A DNA stretch of 64,000 nucleotides from Amphiscolops sp. MND2022 (taxonomy: Eukaryota): positions 51,150,001 through 51,214,000 of the forward strand of contig OZ076410.1 of the NCBI GenBank assembly GCA_964187785.1. Direction: 5' to 3'. Positions 34,391-47,730 of the stretch are shown one piece after another. The position numbers and the translations under genes were made by a program. Each line of letters opens with the position of its first letter. Within the stretch, counting starts at the first letter, position 1. The notes under the pieces are model-generated. The model saw nothing but the letters and a program-made list of their open reading frames with translations, searched no databases and was not told the DNA's origin.

Positions 34391-37300
34391 TCGACAGAAA
34401 AGTATTTTGGATATTAAACTTACCTTAAAAACTGTGACTTGAAGGAAACCATTCCTCGTATTACTGGGAAACTAGAATGAAATTGACTACCGAAATGAAC
34501 AGAATAAAATGATGTCACGCATTTCCGCCAAGGCGTATAAGTCACGCCGGAAATGAGATTATTCTCCAACTGAAAACATAAGTAGGAGTACGTATAACTG
34601 TTTGTATCATAGCCAACTGTAAAATGAAAATTAAATCACAACATAGACAACAAAGCACTACGCTTCTATGAGTAAAGCACCCTAATTAAACTTTGAAACG
34701 CAATCAATGCGGATTAGAACGATGTTCCGTCGTCAGGTATACAAATATGGCCGTAGATGGCGTTGAACGGTTACCTTGTGACGTCATAGTCCCGAATAAG
34801 CTTAATAGGAATAATTCGATTGCACGACGCGAATACGTCACGGCCTTGGCAGCGGACTAGAAATCCTTCCAAATATACGTCAACGCTACAACAGACTTGG
34901 CAGTCTGCCAAGTTTGCCAACAAATTATCGTCAACAATACGTCACAAATTTATACAATTAGGTGTCTTGGCCAGTATTAAATCTGAAAGAAGCGCTATTT
35001 TATTCAGTAAAAACCAACCGAAGCCAGTTTAAACTTACGTCACGGTAACGTCAACGACAACGGTAATGGAAATGTCGAGGAATTGAATTCACGTCTGCCT
35101 CGCGTCAAATTTCAGTGAGAATGTAGGGAATATATGTGTTTTACGCCCATCTCTTATGATATACGAATGTGCTTTTTTCGAATATGAGTCGGATGAAACA
35201 TTAAAGTAATTTACAAATAAAAGTCAACTCACAGTTTATGAATAGACTAACTTAATGTGATTACTATTGATGCACTCTACATTAGTCCAAGTGTTGTATG
35301 AAATGCGAATAATTCCTTATTGGGAAGTGTTTTATATGTTGTTTTGTAAAATCTTGCCGTTTGCTAGTTTTAGTGCGATGCTAGTGCAACGACAACTTTG
35401 GTTGCTTTGCCATTCGAATGTCAATTTGGTTTTTGAGAAAATGAATAATTTTAAGGAACGTGGGCTATAAAAACGTTATTGCGCTATTCTACGCATTTCA
35501 CCGAACAGTACCAAAATCCTCATTGAAGTTTTATGAGAACCCATTGTTTCAAAAGGAAATGGTAACACTAGTTAAGAAATAATGAATTACTTTCACTATC
35601 ATTTAATCGGTTTTGTACTCGTATCTTACTTCTTACAGAATGATTTCCATTTTGGCGTCTGTAACCAGGTCATTCGATGTTCAGTTAAACTTTCATCGGA
35701 ACTTCCATTCAAAAGTAATGTAATTTCATTCTTATGTAACAATAAATTGGAGCCAACAGTTCCAGTTTTTTAAAAGTTCAATTATCAACGAATTGAGCTG
35801 TCGGACGTGCCGTCATCTTTTTGAATGGTCCGGGTTTATAATAAGCTCTAACACCTCAACTTGGGTTTGTACGTAATTCAACGATCTTGGGTGCTTTCAT
35901 TACAATCGTATGTTGGTTTTTAGTCGGCGCTTCCGTAAATAAAATGTCATTATCGTAGTGACTTTTCATCGGTTTTTTTCCATTCGGTCGAAGTAACTAT
36001 AAAGCTCCACAAATGGTCAAATTGATACATCAAGGAGGGTCCTTGTCATGATATACGACTCCAAAGCTTTGTTTGAGTGTTCAGATATGCAGACGTGTTT
36101 CAATCATGATCTCCAGCAAATAGAAGAGCTGCACAATGTTGTACAAGCGAAGACGAAACAACAGGACGCGAAGAACTTCCTTCTATTCACTTGATTGGAA
36201 TAGGGGAACTAACTTCAGACCAGCATACAGAGAATTGTTGATCTAGAGATTCCGTCAGTTATTAAAGAAATCTCATTATATATAATGCTTGGCTATAAAA
36301 TCTCCTATCTCTGTGAATAATTCATTTTCGACCAACTTCGTTTTCTTTAACCGAGTAACAGGAGAGACCCTCTTAAAAACGGAGAGAAACTTTCTCTGAT
36401 GGAACAAATTCACCAAGAAAACTTAATATTGAAAGACCGTAGGTACCTATCACTTGACAGGAAATCGGTCAGGTATCTACATAAAAACTTCGAGGGAAAA
36501 GAACATCAAACAGTCAAAGGTGGTGAGGGTAAGTGCGAAAAAGAAATCACGTTTCCTTTGACTCTATTAATTTTATCTTTCTTAAAAGGTTGTCTCGCTA
36601 CTTTTGGGCTTTTGGGATTTTCTGTGGCTAGGAGAATTCTCTGTTTTACTGCTTTGGTTCGCGGGAAATTGACGATGAGATGACGCTGGCGTCAACAACT
36701 AATACCTATTTTTGAAATTCAGCTTGATCAAAAGTGATGACTAACTTCCAAATTACGAATATTTGAACAATGCTAGGAAAATGTTTCGAAAAGATTTGGG
36801 CTCAATCCTTCTGTTAGAATGAAATCAAATTCACAATCCTTAATATTTAAATACATACATTGTCAACAATTTCGGCTTGACGCGACAAGTGCGACAAGTT
36901 CATAGATTAACTTCAGCAGAAGCAAGGAACTTCAAATGTTAATTTATGTAGCGTTATGAAATGAATGCACTTTGGTATTAATAGCCTCATTTATGAAATA
37001 GCACTCAATTGAATATGGCTTTTAACAAAATTAGCGGGTTCTTGAATTTCTCAAACAAAGGACAGGGCAATCACAACGTCAAACAAAAATGAGCTGGTAC
37101 AAAATTAACAGACAGCAAATTCATGTTTTATAACGCTGTTGATGTACAAAAATATTTTATGTAATAAAATATAGCCCTTTACCTAGCAACAAAAAATATA
37201 AACTGTTACTCTCATGTCTGTTACACTCCTTACTAATCTGGATGGATTGCAACAGCTATTTTGATGGATTTGCGGCAACATGACGACAAGTTTTCTCAGC

Positions 37301-37706
37301 TAGCTTGGCGGCTTGCCAAGTTTGACGAGTTGCTGACGCATATTTTTGGAATGAATTTCTGACTAGCTGCTAAGTTAGTGACGTCATATGGCGAAAAATT
37401 GGAAGGATTTCTAATAAAGCCATTAAAATAGGCGGATAATCGAAATGATTTTCTGGTACGCATAGATGAGGCAGTGACGTCATTTGGTATACCTTCAAAA
37501 CTTGTCTGCGTCTTACTGACGACAAATGTACATGTATTCTTATTTCTACCGCCGCCTTGTTTACTTAGCGCAGTATTGCCGTCCTAAATCACATTAATTG
37601 CTGTTCAAAGTGCCTTTCTTAGAAAAGGCTTAATTTCCCGGCGTGCCATCTCAATGTATTTGCTGTTTTAGATCTGATTGATGTTCTTTCTTGGAGATGA
37701 TTTTGG

Positions 37707-38296
37707 ATTGAGTATCTTTTTGACATGGTCCGGCATTTTTGCAATTATAGCCTTGTCGATGAGTTTTTGCGCCTCTGGACCGAACGCTTCTTTAGCTGTT
37801 TCTTGCAGTGTTAACAAAAATTCGTATAATTTTTGTTTAGTTGGATCAAATTGGAGCGAGTCCCACTCACAGCTAGCTTTGGAAGATGATTGGAAGTCTC
37901 CGAAACGCGGCTTGAATGCCGTTATTACTTCCTCGAGATTATCTTTTTTGGCGTCGTCTAGATTGCAGTACGCTTGGAGTGGGTTACCACGTAGTAGTGA
38001 GTGGAAGTAATTGATTTTTTGTATCTCGGTTAGGTGTGGGTACATTTTTATATTGTTCCTGAATAAGTCTTCGAAAAGCTCGAATTTTTCAGATTTACCA
38101 TCAAACACAGGTAGTGATGCTGTGAGTGCTTTGGCAGGGGGGGGGGGTAAGTGAGACGGTTGATAGATCTCTGGTTGTGGAGCGAATAGTAGTCTTGATG
38201 TCGAAGGTCGTTCGTTGGGCGGCAGGCTTTATGGGCGTTGTAGTCTTGTTATCTTTTTCCCCAGATTTGTGGAGTCATTGAGGACTCCTGTCACCA
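37707..38296 (-). pseudogene. gag: PBS plus truncated gag following the downstream LTR of element 2
   Basis: Near-identical to 52921-53506 (MFDGKSEKFELFEDLFRNNIKMYPHL...); homology stops abruptly at KILN (37707). Confidence 0.85.
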
Positions 38297-40390
38297 TCTT
38301 ACGGCTATTGACCGGTGTGATTTTTGGATTATACGTAGTAGTTTTAGTTTTAACAGGTGTTGAGGTTGCAGTTGCCGGAACGTTTTCGGACTCAGAAACA
38401 ATTTCCTCAGGAACGGTTGAAACAGGCTGTTTTTTAGCTACTGGGGTAATTAGTTTCAACATTTCCTTTTGGTTTTCATCTAAGATTTTAGCTAGATCAG
38501 ACATTATCTCTTTTCGAAGGGTAGACTTTATTTCTTCTAGATTTTCGGTATGGACCTTAGGAGATATGCTCGTCGCTACTACGGGGTTTATGTTCTGACT
38601 ATTCCCGGCTAGAGGAGTTTCAATCTCAGCAGAACTTAATTGTTCTACAGTTTTCCTTTTCTAGCTTCTAGTAGTCATTTTAGGAAGAGAGAAAGATTCT
38701 TTGGAAACTTGAATTTCTTAAAAGAAAGTTCAAGTTTTTCAAACGAAGTATTATCGCAACAAAAATTGAATGAATCACCTCACAAATTCTGAATATATAT
38801 ACCTTCCTGGCATCATTTGTTCCCCACCTAAAAATTCCTAGGAACCCTAAAAGTCGGTTCTGTTCATGATAATTGCTTAATCATCCTGATTATTTCAATC
38901 CTTCAGTCATTATTTCACAACTAAAAATTCCTAGTTACGACTTTTTCACGGAGCTCATGTTGAAATTATTTTTGTTCAACAATTTCATTTCCAGTTTAAT
39001 CCCGAAAAGGCGGCAAAATAAAAATCTAGTTAGATTTCTACAGAAGAAAGCACGCCGGCGTGAACAATGATTCAGCGCAAATCTAGTGTAAATCACTTTT
39101 TCGCGGTAAACGAATGACAAGCAAAAATGACTCCGAAGTTAATACGGGGAAATTTCAATTTATCTCACTGAAAAAATTAGAGCTTCATTATGAAAAGAAC
39201 AAATGATGCCAGAAAATGATAAGTACAGATTAAAGTTTGAATTTTCATGTTCCACAACGCAATGCAAATCTAAACTAACTTCACATGTACAAGGATCATA
39301 ATGATCGGATTATTTAATCACAACAGATCTATTTTACATACTTAAAAACATGGTAATCAAATTGTTTGGTCACAACATAACAAAATAGCAGATTCCGAGA
39401 CATCTTTTCCAAAAGTAGAAAAAGCACCTTACTAATATGCTCACAAAATACTCATTTGACGACTTTCCTTGCCTTAACCTGCTGCACGACTATTTTGATC
39501 ATTCCTGACAATATGGAAAAATACTTGGCACAATAGGTCTTTTATTCCAAAATCATATTTATTCCGCAATGGTTTCATACGTTTTAGAATATATTGTCGT
39601 GAACTAGAGTAATCTCAATCTTTACAATCTGCTCCGTAAGCGTTCCGTACGTATTAAGATTAGGTATAGCTGAACGGTGGCGGGTGACGAAAAGCGAGCG
39701 GAGAGCTTGATTAAATTCATTTTCTTTCTCTCAGCTAATTGGCGTTGCTAGGGGCAACCAAGCACAGTTCTATTAGCTTGAGCTCAGATAATTCCGCCAG
39801 AGAGCGACGCTATTGGTCCGTGAAAATAGAAACGCACGGTATTAGCTTATTTTGAGTGACGCTGTCAAATCGTTGTAAACATTTGCTTAAAATCACTTGA
39901 TTGAGATTTTAAGCAAATATTGACAACTGCTCTTAATATCGGAAAACCACTTCCACTATATCACTCTTGTATGTTCTTTTCCATTTTAGATTGTATGAAT
40001 TCCCTTGGGATCTCGGAGTAAAATATTGTTTTCATTGTTTTCATTTTATTGTGGAGAAGAAAGAAATGATCCCTTTTTAGAAAGCGTTATTTTGGTATTT
40101 AGATTAGTATGGAAATTTCAAAAGACGAAACCGGAACTGGCAAAGAACTTTTGCGCCTGAAAATATTATACCGGAAATTTAGTCTTTTTAGAAAATCATT
40201 TCGAACATTTGCGCGACTGATACGTCCATTGAAAAAATGTTTCCGCATTAGTTATTCATCGTGCTGTGGTTTAAAACAAAGTAAGATATTTACTTTTCTC
40301 TAGGAGTCACATTTCCCGTGTCCAAGTCCGGTTGTGCGTTTGTGCATTCCTTCGTAGCAAAAGTTGCACCGACGGGAGCGGGTCGTGACA
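38297..40390 (-). repeat. Shared LTR (3' LTR of element 2 and 5' LTR of the truncated copy), 2094 bp
   Basis: Starts TGTCACGACCC on the minus strand; matches 53507-55716; followed by a PBS rather than a TSD. Confidence 0.88.
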
Positions 40391-40954
40391 GGGCGCCTCT
40401 GGTTTTTGATATCGGTACTCCAGTGCAGTGGGGGATTTCGCGCACTACCGAACGGGCTGTTTCCTCAGTCTCTGTATTTTCGTGGACGTACAACTGTTTC
40501 CTCTGCCTGTAGTGCAGTATAGTTCTTCATAATCTAATTTATTGCCGTAACTTTCTTCTATATCAGCTGTTGAGGGCTCACTCAGATCGTCCAGCTTTTC
40601 TGCTTTGTTTGGGGAGGGTACCCTCGTCTTCCCGTATTGGTGATATTTGCCAGTACTGGGGCAGGGGTTAGTTTAGGCATAGCCCGGGGCGATTCCTGCT
40701 CTTCGTAGTAGTCGTCAGATTCGTCTTCCTTTCGATTTTCGACGACAAAGGTTTCATCTGGCTCGGAGTTCGAAGGTCGAGATAGAGGTTCGTGAGAAAT
40801 TTAGGCTTGCCTCGCTACCTCTCCATACCTTTACGGATGAATCGCTCAGGTTTAGTCTTCCCACCATATTCATTGGGAGGGTTTTTATAGGCGTGCTGTA
40901 GCGATTATTTTCTTCGTCTGAAGAGATGCCAATAACCAGAGCATAGCTATCCAT
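40320..40954 (-). pseudogene. Extra sense ORF of element 2 reading toward and into the downstream LTR
   Basis: MDSYALVIGISSDEE... start; broken frames continue across the PPT/LTR junction at 40390; positional analogue of 20636-21532. Confidence 0.35.
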
Positions 40955-41957
40955 TTTTATTCTGTCGATTTTGCTCTTTTGAGTTTTGTAGAAAGATGAC
41001 TTTATTCAAAGTTGACTGCTTTTTTCTGTTCTCTATACGTCAAATGAAAAGGTCAACAATCCTTCGTTTGTGATTATGCTGCACTTTTATTGGTCGGTTC
41101 TCCTTCTTTCGTTTCGGTCCGTCATTTAGTTCGGAAACGTTTTGTTTCCGTCTGCTTTTCTATTGACCGAGCCGCGAAAGGAAAACTTCTTACTTTTAAT
41201 CTTCGTTATTATGACGTCATCGATTTCTTCTGAAGATGCGACGCTATTGAGACGTCATTCGCTTATAGATGTCTTTCTTCATTTTCTTTTTCCATAGTTT
41301 CAAGTGATTTTGCATATAAGTTAGGAAATTTTAGAGTTCGTTAGGCCTCCTTCAGTGTTGTTCGAGGCTATAATTAAAAATAGGTGGTGGATTATCCAGG
41401 TTCACATGGCGGTGTTGGTTTTCCTTTGGAAGTTTTTATCTTAAGAGCGTTTGTCATTTGGGGATGGTTTTCTTGAACTTTTTTCTTAATTGTTCTCTTT
41501 TTTAGATTGTCTTTGAAGATTTCTCTCTCTCTCTCATGGAAGACGAAGGAGCTGAACAATCCCCTATCGTCCCTCGTGCAGGCTTTGTTAGTGGTCACGA
41601 GACCAACTTTGATTACACTGATGACGATGTTCTCTCGAAGGCGGAGGCTGCTTTTGTTGCTCCAGGTTGGTAATATCTTTTTGACTTCCATGGGCAATTG
41701 GAGTACTTTATCCTTGATCAGCCTTTATAGTCTTGCCCGTATCCCTGACGCGTCAAACCAGATCTTGTTTTCAGTAACTCAACCTGGCAATTCTTCAACA
41801 GTCCTCGGAGTTAATACGGGTGAACCCAGTTCGTCCGAGTTGGTACCTTTTTTGATCTCTTCTTTAAGCCTGCCTCCTGTCTCCACTGTGTTACGCACTG
41901 TAGCTGATTGTTCTATCAACGAAGTTTTGGTTTCTGTGCTGCCTCAGACTGAGGACA

Positions 41958-44900
41958 ATGGGGAGCTTTGGGGTTGATGTTTCTGAGAGAGCCACCGAGT
42001 CACAAGCTGTCCTTAGTTCTGATAGTGAGTCTCAAGGAGGTGAGACTGATCCCCCCGCAGAACAAAAAACGGGTCAGTACATCTGTATTCTTGGGATGGG
42101 CGTGTATATTTTTCTTGGTGTGTTTTTCTTAATCCCTTTCCCCTGGGAGTTTTCTTCGTAGACCACACGAGTGTTTTTAGGTTCAAAGTTCCCCGTGAAC
42201 GACTTGCCGGAAGAGAGTTGTGGCCTTTAAAACTCCTCCAAATAAACAAAAGGTGTCGACGCCCGAGCAATCTTCGAACCTTGTTCATGGCTGGTCGGTG
42301 GGTTTGGATACAGATGGTACCGGGTTGATGACGATGAGTCCCGAGTATCTTCATGAGTGGAGTCGTCACAATGTGAAGGAGGTTGACAACCGTACTGCTG
42401 GTACTATACAGAGTGGTTAGTTGATTTTGTCACTATATAAATTCTCTTCTTCGATGTGAGTTTTGTATCCTAAGTTATCCGTATTTCCTCCGTTTTGCGA
42501 GGATTGCTTTCGTTGTTATAGGATTCAGTGAGTTGGCTGGGAAAGAAGAAAACCCGGAAGTACATTAGTCGCAATCTGCTTCACAAAAGGATGCTGGGGT
42601 TACAACCTGCGTTTGCCTCATTTGTTGCTGGGCTCAAGAATGGATTGGCAACTCAATTTTTCTGTGAGGTGTGCAAGAGAGACGTTGCTATGAAGGCACA
42701 CGGTTTCGGGGAGTTCGTTCGACACTTTGGATCTGATCGGCACTGGTTCCGCGACGTGACTTACTGAGTTCACATGGAGTTGCCTGTGCTGAATCGTTTG
42801 CTCGAACCTATGGAGCTTTCAGAATGTCAGGAAGCAGAGTATCGGGCGCGTCCTTTCGTGGATTTAGCGGAAGGCTGTCCGTTTCCTGAAGATTTGATTC
42901 TCAAACATTCACAAGTGAAGTCTAGAGTTCTTTTCATGACCCTCGTGTCTTGTTTTTGTGACTTGCTCCAGAGTGGTGGCGATTTCACTTTGATGCGACG
43001 TATGCGGGGTTACACTTCTGCACTTCATTGGGTGATCGGAAGCCTGAGTATGTGATGCAGTGGAGTCGATCTGAGACTGTGGTGAGTCCATTACGGTTAT
43101 ATAAACATATGAATATGTTCAATTATTGAGGTTGTTTTTTGTTTCTCTCCTTTATTTGCTTTTTTTTGTTTTTTGGATCTGCGCTTCTTTCATATGTAGG
43201 GGTATAGTTCGGGGGGGGGGTTGTTCTATTGTAAGGGTTGTCATGTCAGTATAAGTTGTATTTTAGTCCTTCGTGTGTCAAGGCCTGGTTCCGCGAGTTA
43301 TCCGTTTGTTCTTGAATGGAATTACCCAATTCAAGAAGTATTCTGTGCAGTTTGAGAAAGATGGTCATTCCGAATTTTGCTTTGTGGTTTGGTGGGAGGA
43401 CGAGTTTCTGAAAAAACTATGTGTCAGTGTGGATTCCCTTGACCAGTCAATGCCTGATGCCGAATTGATTCCGTTGACCCGAGTAATGTTTTGCCTGGAT
43501 CACCCGCAATTCCCGTTGTGTGTCTGTGGTGCTACTCCAACTCTGGTTGGTGTGCTCAGTGATGCGCGCTCTGATGGTAAACATTTTGTGACGCACGAGC
43601 GTTTTACGAGTGAAATATTTTTGGTTGTTTTCGCCGAGTCCACCAAACTATTTTCGGGATGCTTGAGATCGTGATGGTTGTCGAGTATATTGTACTTTGG
43701 ATGCCTAATGCACTCCACTAGACGTGGACCAAGGGGAAGACATTATTACGTCGGTGTATTCGGCAATGTTCCGCTTGCTTCAAAGACTTGCAGTGAGTCG
43801 TGGTCGATATATTTGGGTTGTCGGCAAACATTCGTCCCTTCATACGCTACACAGGGTTGCCACATGTGAAAGATCGGGTCAACAGTGTTAGTGTTTTTTT
43901 ATCAGCTTGTACGCCCCATTTTCCATTCTCTTGTTAAAAATTCTTATTTGGTTTGTAGATGCGCAGTGCAGATTGGAACATTATTGCAGACAGCAGGATT
44001 TGGTATATGTTTGGCCTTCTTCAAGCGGTACTCACCACTTGTAAGTGTTGGTTTTGTTACTGCTTGCTGTTGTGTGTAGTGTAACAAAGTTTGTTCTTTA
44101 TGTTCCTTCTTGGATTTGGCTATTCTTGACTGTGATTGCTAGCTGTATTCGTTTGCGTGATGTATCCGTTTTGTTTTCTCTGTGGAGTTTTTCCATGATT
44201 GTCTCATTGATCTGATACCATGTGTGTTTCAGTTCATATCAATTTCGTGAAATTCAGCGAGGTGACTACGATTTTTGTTTTTATGGAGAGATCTGTAACT
44301 TCGTGTATTGTTTGCTGTTGAGGACCCGTTCAACTGGTTGTCTCCCCGGTATTCATGAGTGGGAGAGTTACATGAGTTTTGAGAAAACCTGGTTTCCCTG
44401 CAATATCATCCGATGTATTCCTCATCAATTATGATTTGGGTCAGGAACTGTTGAACGGAAAAACAAGCGAAGTTCAGGAATTTCGGGTTATTTGCAGGAA
44501 TTTCTTCAATCAACTGATCCGAGAGGTTGTTTACCACCGAAATGTTACTTCGGGGGTTTCTCTTGGCCTCTATTCTTTCTGTTTCGAAATTCTGTTGGAT
44601 GGAGACAATAACAGTGTATTTGGGCTGTTTGCTGTTCTTTGCAAGATACTGGTTGATTGCGGTACTCTTCTGTTGGGATCCTCTAGCGCTGCTGTTGACG
44701 AGTTTTATAGTTATGTGGTGGAGCAACGTCGTCAGTATGCTGGGGGTGATCAGTCAGCAAGCTCAATTTCTGATGTTTTTTACTTTTTTAATGAATGATT
44801 ATTCGTTTCTGTCACGGCACCATGTTTTGCAGGTGTTCAAATTGTGCTGTTTGATCAGAAGTTCTAAATCGAGTCGTTATCTTTCCGTGGTATTGGATCT

Positions 44901-47591
44901 TCCTGGTAGTTCGTTGTCGCAGAAGGCAGTGGATGACTGTGTACGAATGGTACAGTCGTATGTATTAAATCCAAGTTATGCCCCTAAATTGTTTTTCACT
45001 GGTCTAACTCTGGCTGCTGTGCGGATGCAGTCAAGGATGCGAGCGTATTCTGCGAGCGTATGTGACTGGTGATTTTGATGTGTAGAAGAACGTCTGTGGT
45101 GTGGTTCCGAATTTGCAACGTTTGTGTCTGGAGTGAGAAGTTCGTTTTCAGACTTATTGTTTCAGCGTCGTAAGGCCATCGAAGATCGGTATGTGGAGTG
45201 GAATTGGGCTAATAGACAGGCTCAAATTGACCGTCGTGGGAGCGCTAGTCGTAGTGAAAGTGATGCCAGTTCCGTAGAGAAGTCAAAAAAGTCTGTGGCA
45301 ACTAGTTTAAAGAGAAATGGGGGTCCGGGTACCAAAAATGAGGAAACTAAAACTGTTAGTAAGAAGAAGGGGGGTTGTTCTATTGTAAGGGTTGTCATGT
45401 CAGTATAAGTTGTATTTTAGTCCTTCGTGTGTCAAGGCCTGGTTCCGCGAGTTATCCGTTTGTTCTTGAATGGAATTACCCAATTCAAGGAGTATTCTGT
45501 GCAGTTTGAGAAAGATGGTCATTCCGAATTTTGCTTTGTGGTTTGGTGGGAGGACGAGTTTCTGAAAAAAGTATGTGTCAGTGTGGATTCCCTTGACCAG
45601 TCAATGCCTGATGCCGAATTGATTCCGTTGACCCGAGTAATGTTTTGCCTGGATCACCCGCAATTCCCGTTGTGTGTCTGTGGTGCTACTCCAACTCTGG
45701 TTGGTGTGCTCAGTGATGCGCGCTCTGATGGTAAACATTTTGTGACGCACGAGCGTTTTACGAGTGAAATATTTTTGGATTGTTTTCGCCGAGTCCACCA
45801 AACTATTTTCGGGATGCTTGAGATCGTGATGGTTGTCGAGTATATTGTACTTTGGATGCCTAATGCACTCCACTAGACGTGGATCAAGGGGAAGACATTA
45901 TTACGTCGGTGTATTCGGCAAGGTTCCGCTTGCTTCGAAGACTTGCAGTGAATCGTGGTCGATATATTTGGGTTGTCGGCAAACATTCGTCCCTTCATAC
46001 GCTACACGGGGTTGCCACATGTGAAAGATCGGGTCAACAGTGTTAGTGTTTTTTTTATCAGCTTGTACGCCCCATTTTCCATTCTCTTGTTAAAAATTCT
46101 TATTTGGTTTGTAGATGCGCAGTGCAGATTGGAACATTATTGCAGACAGCAGGATTTGGTATATGTTTGGCCTTCTTCAAGCGGTACTCACCACTTGTAA
46201 GTGTTGGTTTTGTTACTGCTTGCTGTTGTGTGTAGTGTAACAAAGTTTGTTCTTTATGTTCCTGCTTGGATTTGGCTATTCTTGACTGTGATTGCTAGCT
46301 GTATTCGTTTGCGTGATGTATCCGTTTTGTTTTCTCTGTGGAGTTTTTCCATGATTGTCTCATTGATCTGATACCATGTGTGTTTCAGTTCATATCAATT
46401 TCGTGAAATTCAGCGAGGTGACTACGATTTTTGTTTTTATGGAGAGATCTGTAACTTCGTGTATTGTTTGCTGTTGAGGACCCGTTCAACTGGTTGTCTC
46501 CCCGGTATTCATGAGTGGGAGAGTTACATGAGTTTTGAGAAAACCTGGTTTCCCTGCAATATCATCCGATGTATTCCTCATCAATTATGATTTGGGTCAG
46601 GAACTGTTGAACGGAAAAACAAGCGAAGTTCAGGAATTTCGGGTTATTTGCAGGAATTTCTTCAATCAACTGATCCGAGAGGTTGTTTACCACCGAAGTG
46701 TTACTTCGGGGGTTTCTCTTGGCCTCTATTCTTTCTGTTTCGAAATTCTGTTGGATGGAGACAATAACAGTGTATTTGGGCTGTTTGCTGGTCTTTGCAA
46801 GATACTGGTTGATTGCGGTACTCTTCTGTTGGGATCCTCTAGCGCTGCTGTTGACGAGTTTTATAGTTATGTGGTGGAGCAACGTCGTCAGTATGCTGGG
46901 GGTGATCAGTCAGCAAGCTCAATTTCTGATGTTTTTTACTTTTTTAATGAATGATTATTCGTTTCTGTCACGGCACCATGTTTTGCAGGTGTTCAAATTG
47001 TGCTGTTTGATCAGAAGTTCTAAATCGAGTCGTTATCTTTCCGTGGTATTGGATCTTCCTGGTAGTTCGTTGTCGCAGAAGGCAGTGGATGACTGTGTAC
47101 GAATGGTACAGTCGTATGTATTAAATCCAAGTTATGCCCCGAAATTGTTTTTCACTGGTCTAACTCTGGCTGCTGTGCGGATGCAGTCAAGGATGCGAGC
47201 GTATTCTGCGAGCGTATGTGACTGGTGATTTTGATGTGTGGAAGAACGTCTGTGGTGTGGTTCCGAATTTGCAACGTTTGTGTCTGGAGTGAGAAGTTCG
47301 TTTTCAGACTTATTGTTTCAGCGTCGTAAGGCCATCGAAGATCGGTATGTGGAGTGGAATTGGGCTAATAGACAGGCTCAAATTGACCGTCGTGGGAACG
47401 CTAGTCGTAGTGAAAGTGATGCCAGTTCCGTAGAGAAGTCAAAAAAGTCTGTGGCAACTAGTTTAAAGAGAAATGGGGGTCCGGATACCAAAAATGAGGA
47501 AACTAAAACTGTTAGTAAGAAGAAGAATCCTCCAAAGAAGAATCCAGAACCTGGTGTTTACCAGAAAATCAATAAGCCTTCTGACAAGTGA
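41958..47591 (+). pseudogene. Antisense, spliced zinc-finger cargo gene of element 2 (3' part tandemly duplicated)
   Basis: Introns 42073-42161 (GTCAGT...CGTAG) and 43082-43266 (GTGAGT...TTTTAG, joining SRSETV to SFVCQGLVPRV in frame); zinc finger FCEVCKRDVAMKAHGFGEFVRHFGSDRH; C-terminal VFKLCCLI...DCVRMVQSYV. Confidence 0.68.
43215..47524 (+). repeat. Head-to-tail tandem duplication, units 43215-45368 and 45369-47524 (~2155 bp)
   Basis: ORF pairs offset by 2154-2156 bp; roughly 16 differences counted by eye (~99% identity); junction AAGAAGAA|GGGGGGTTGTTC. Confidence 0.95.
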
Positions 47592-47730
47592 TGTTTCCTT
47601 GTGAAATTTAAATAGACTGTCTATTTTTGACGTTTTGGGGCACTGTTGTTGTCCGTTGATATTGTTTGATCTTTAGTGTAGAAATTAACGTTATCATTCC
47701 GGTTCGGTGTGGTCTACTCATTTTTTTCAT

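Noticed and set aside
35900-36683. Possible host exons (36399-36683 ORF, nearby GT donors)
   Set aside because: No recognisable domain and no consistent exon chain could be built
44041-44142. GTAAGT...CTAG as another intron in the cargo gene
   Set aside because: The sequence reads plausibly as coding (YSPLVSVGFV), and splicing does not clearly restore a long frame
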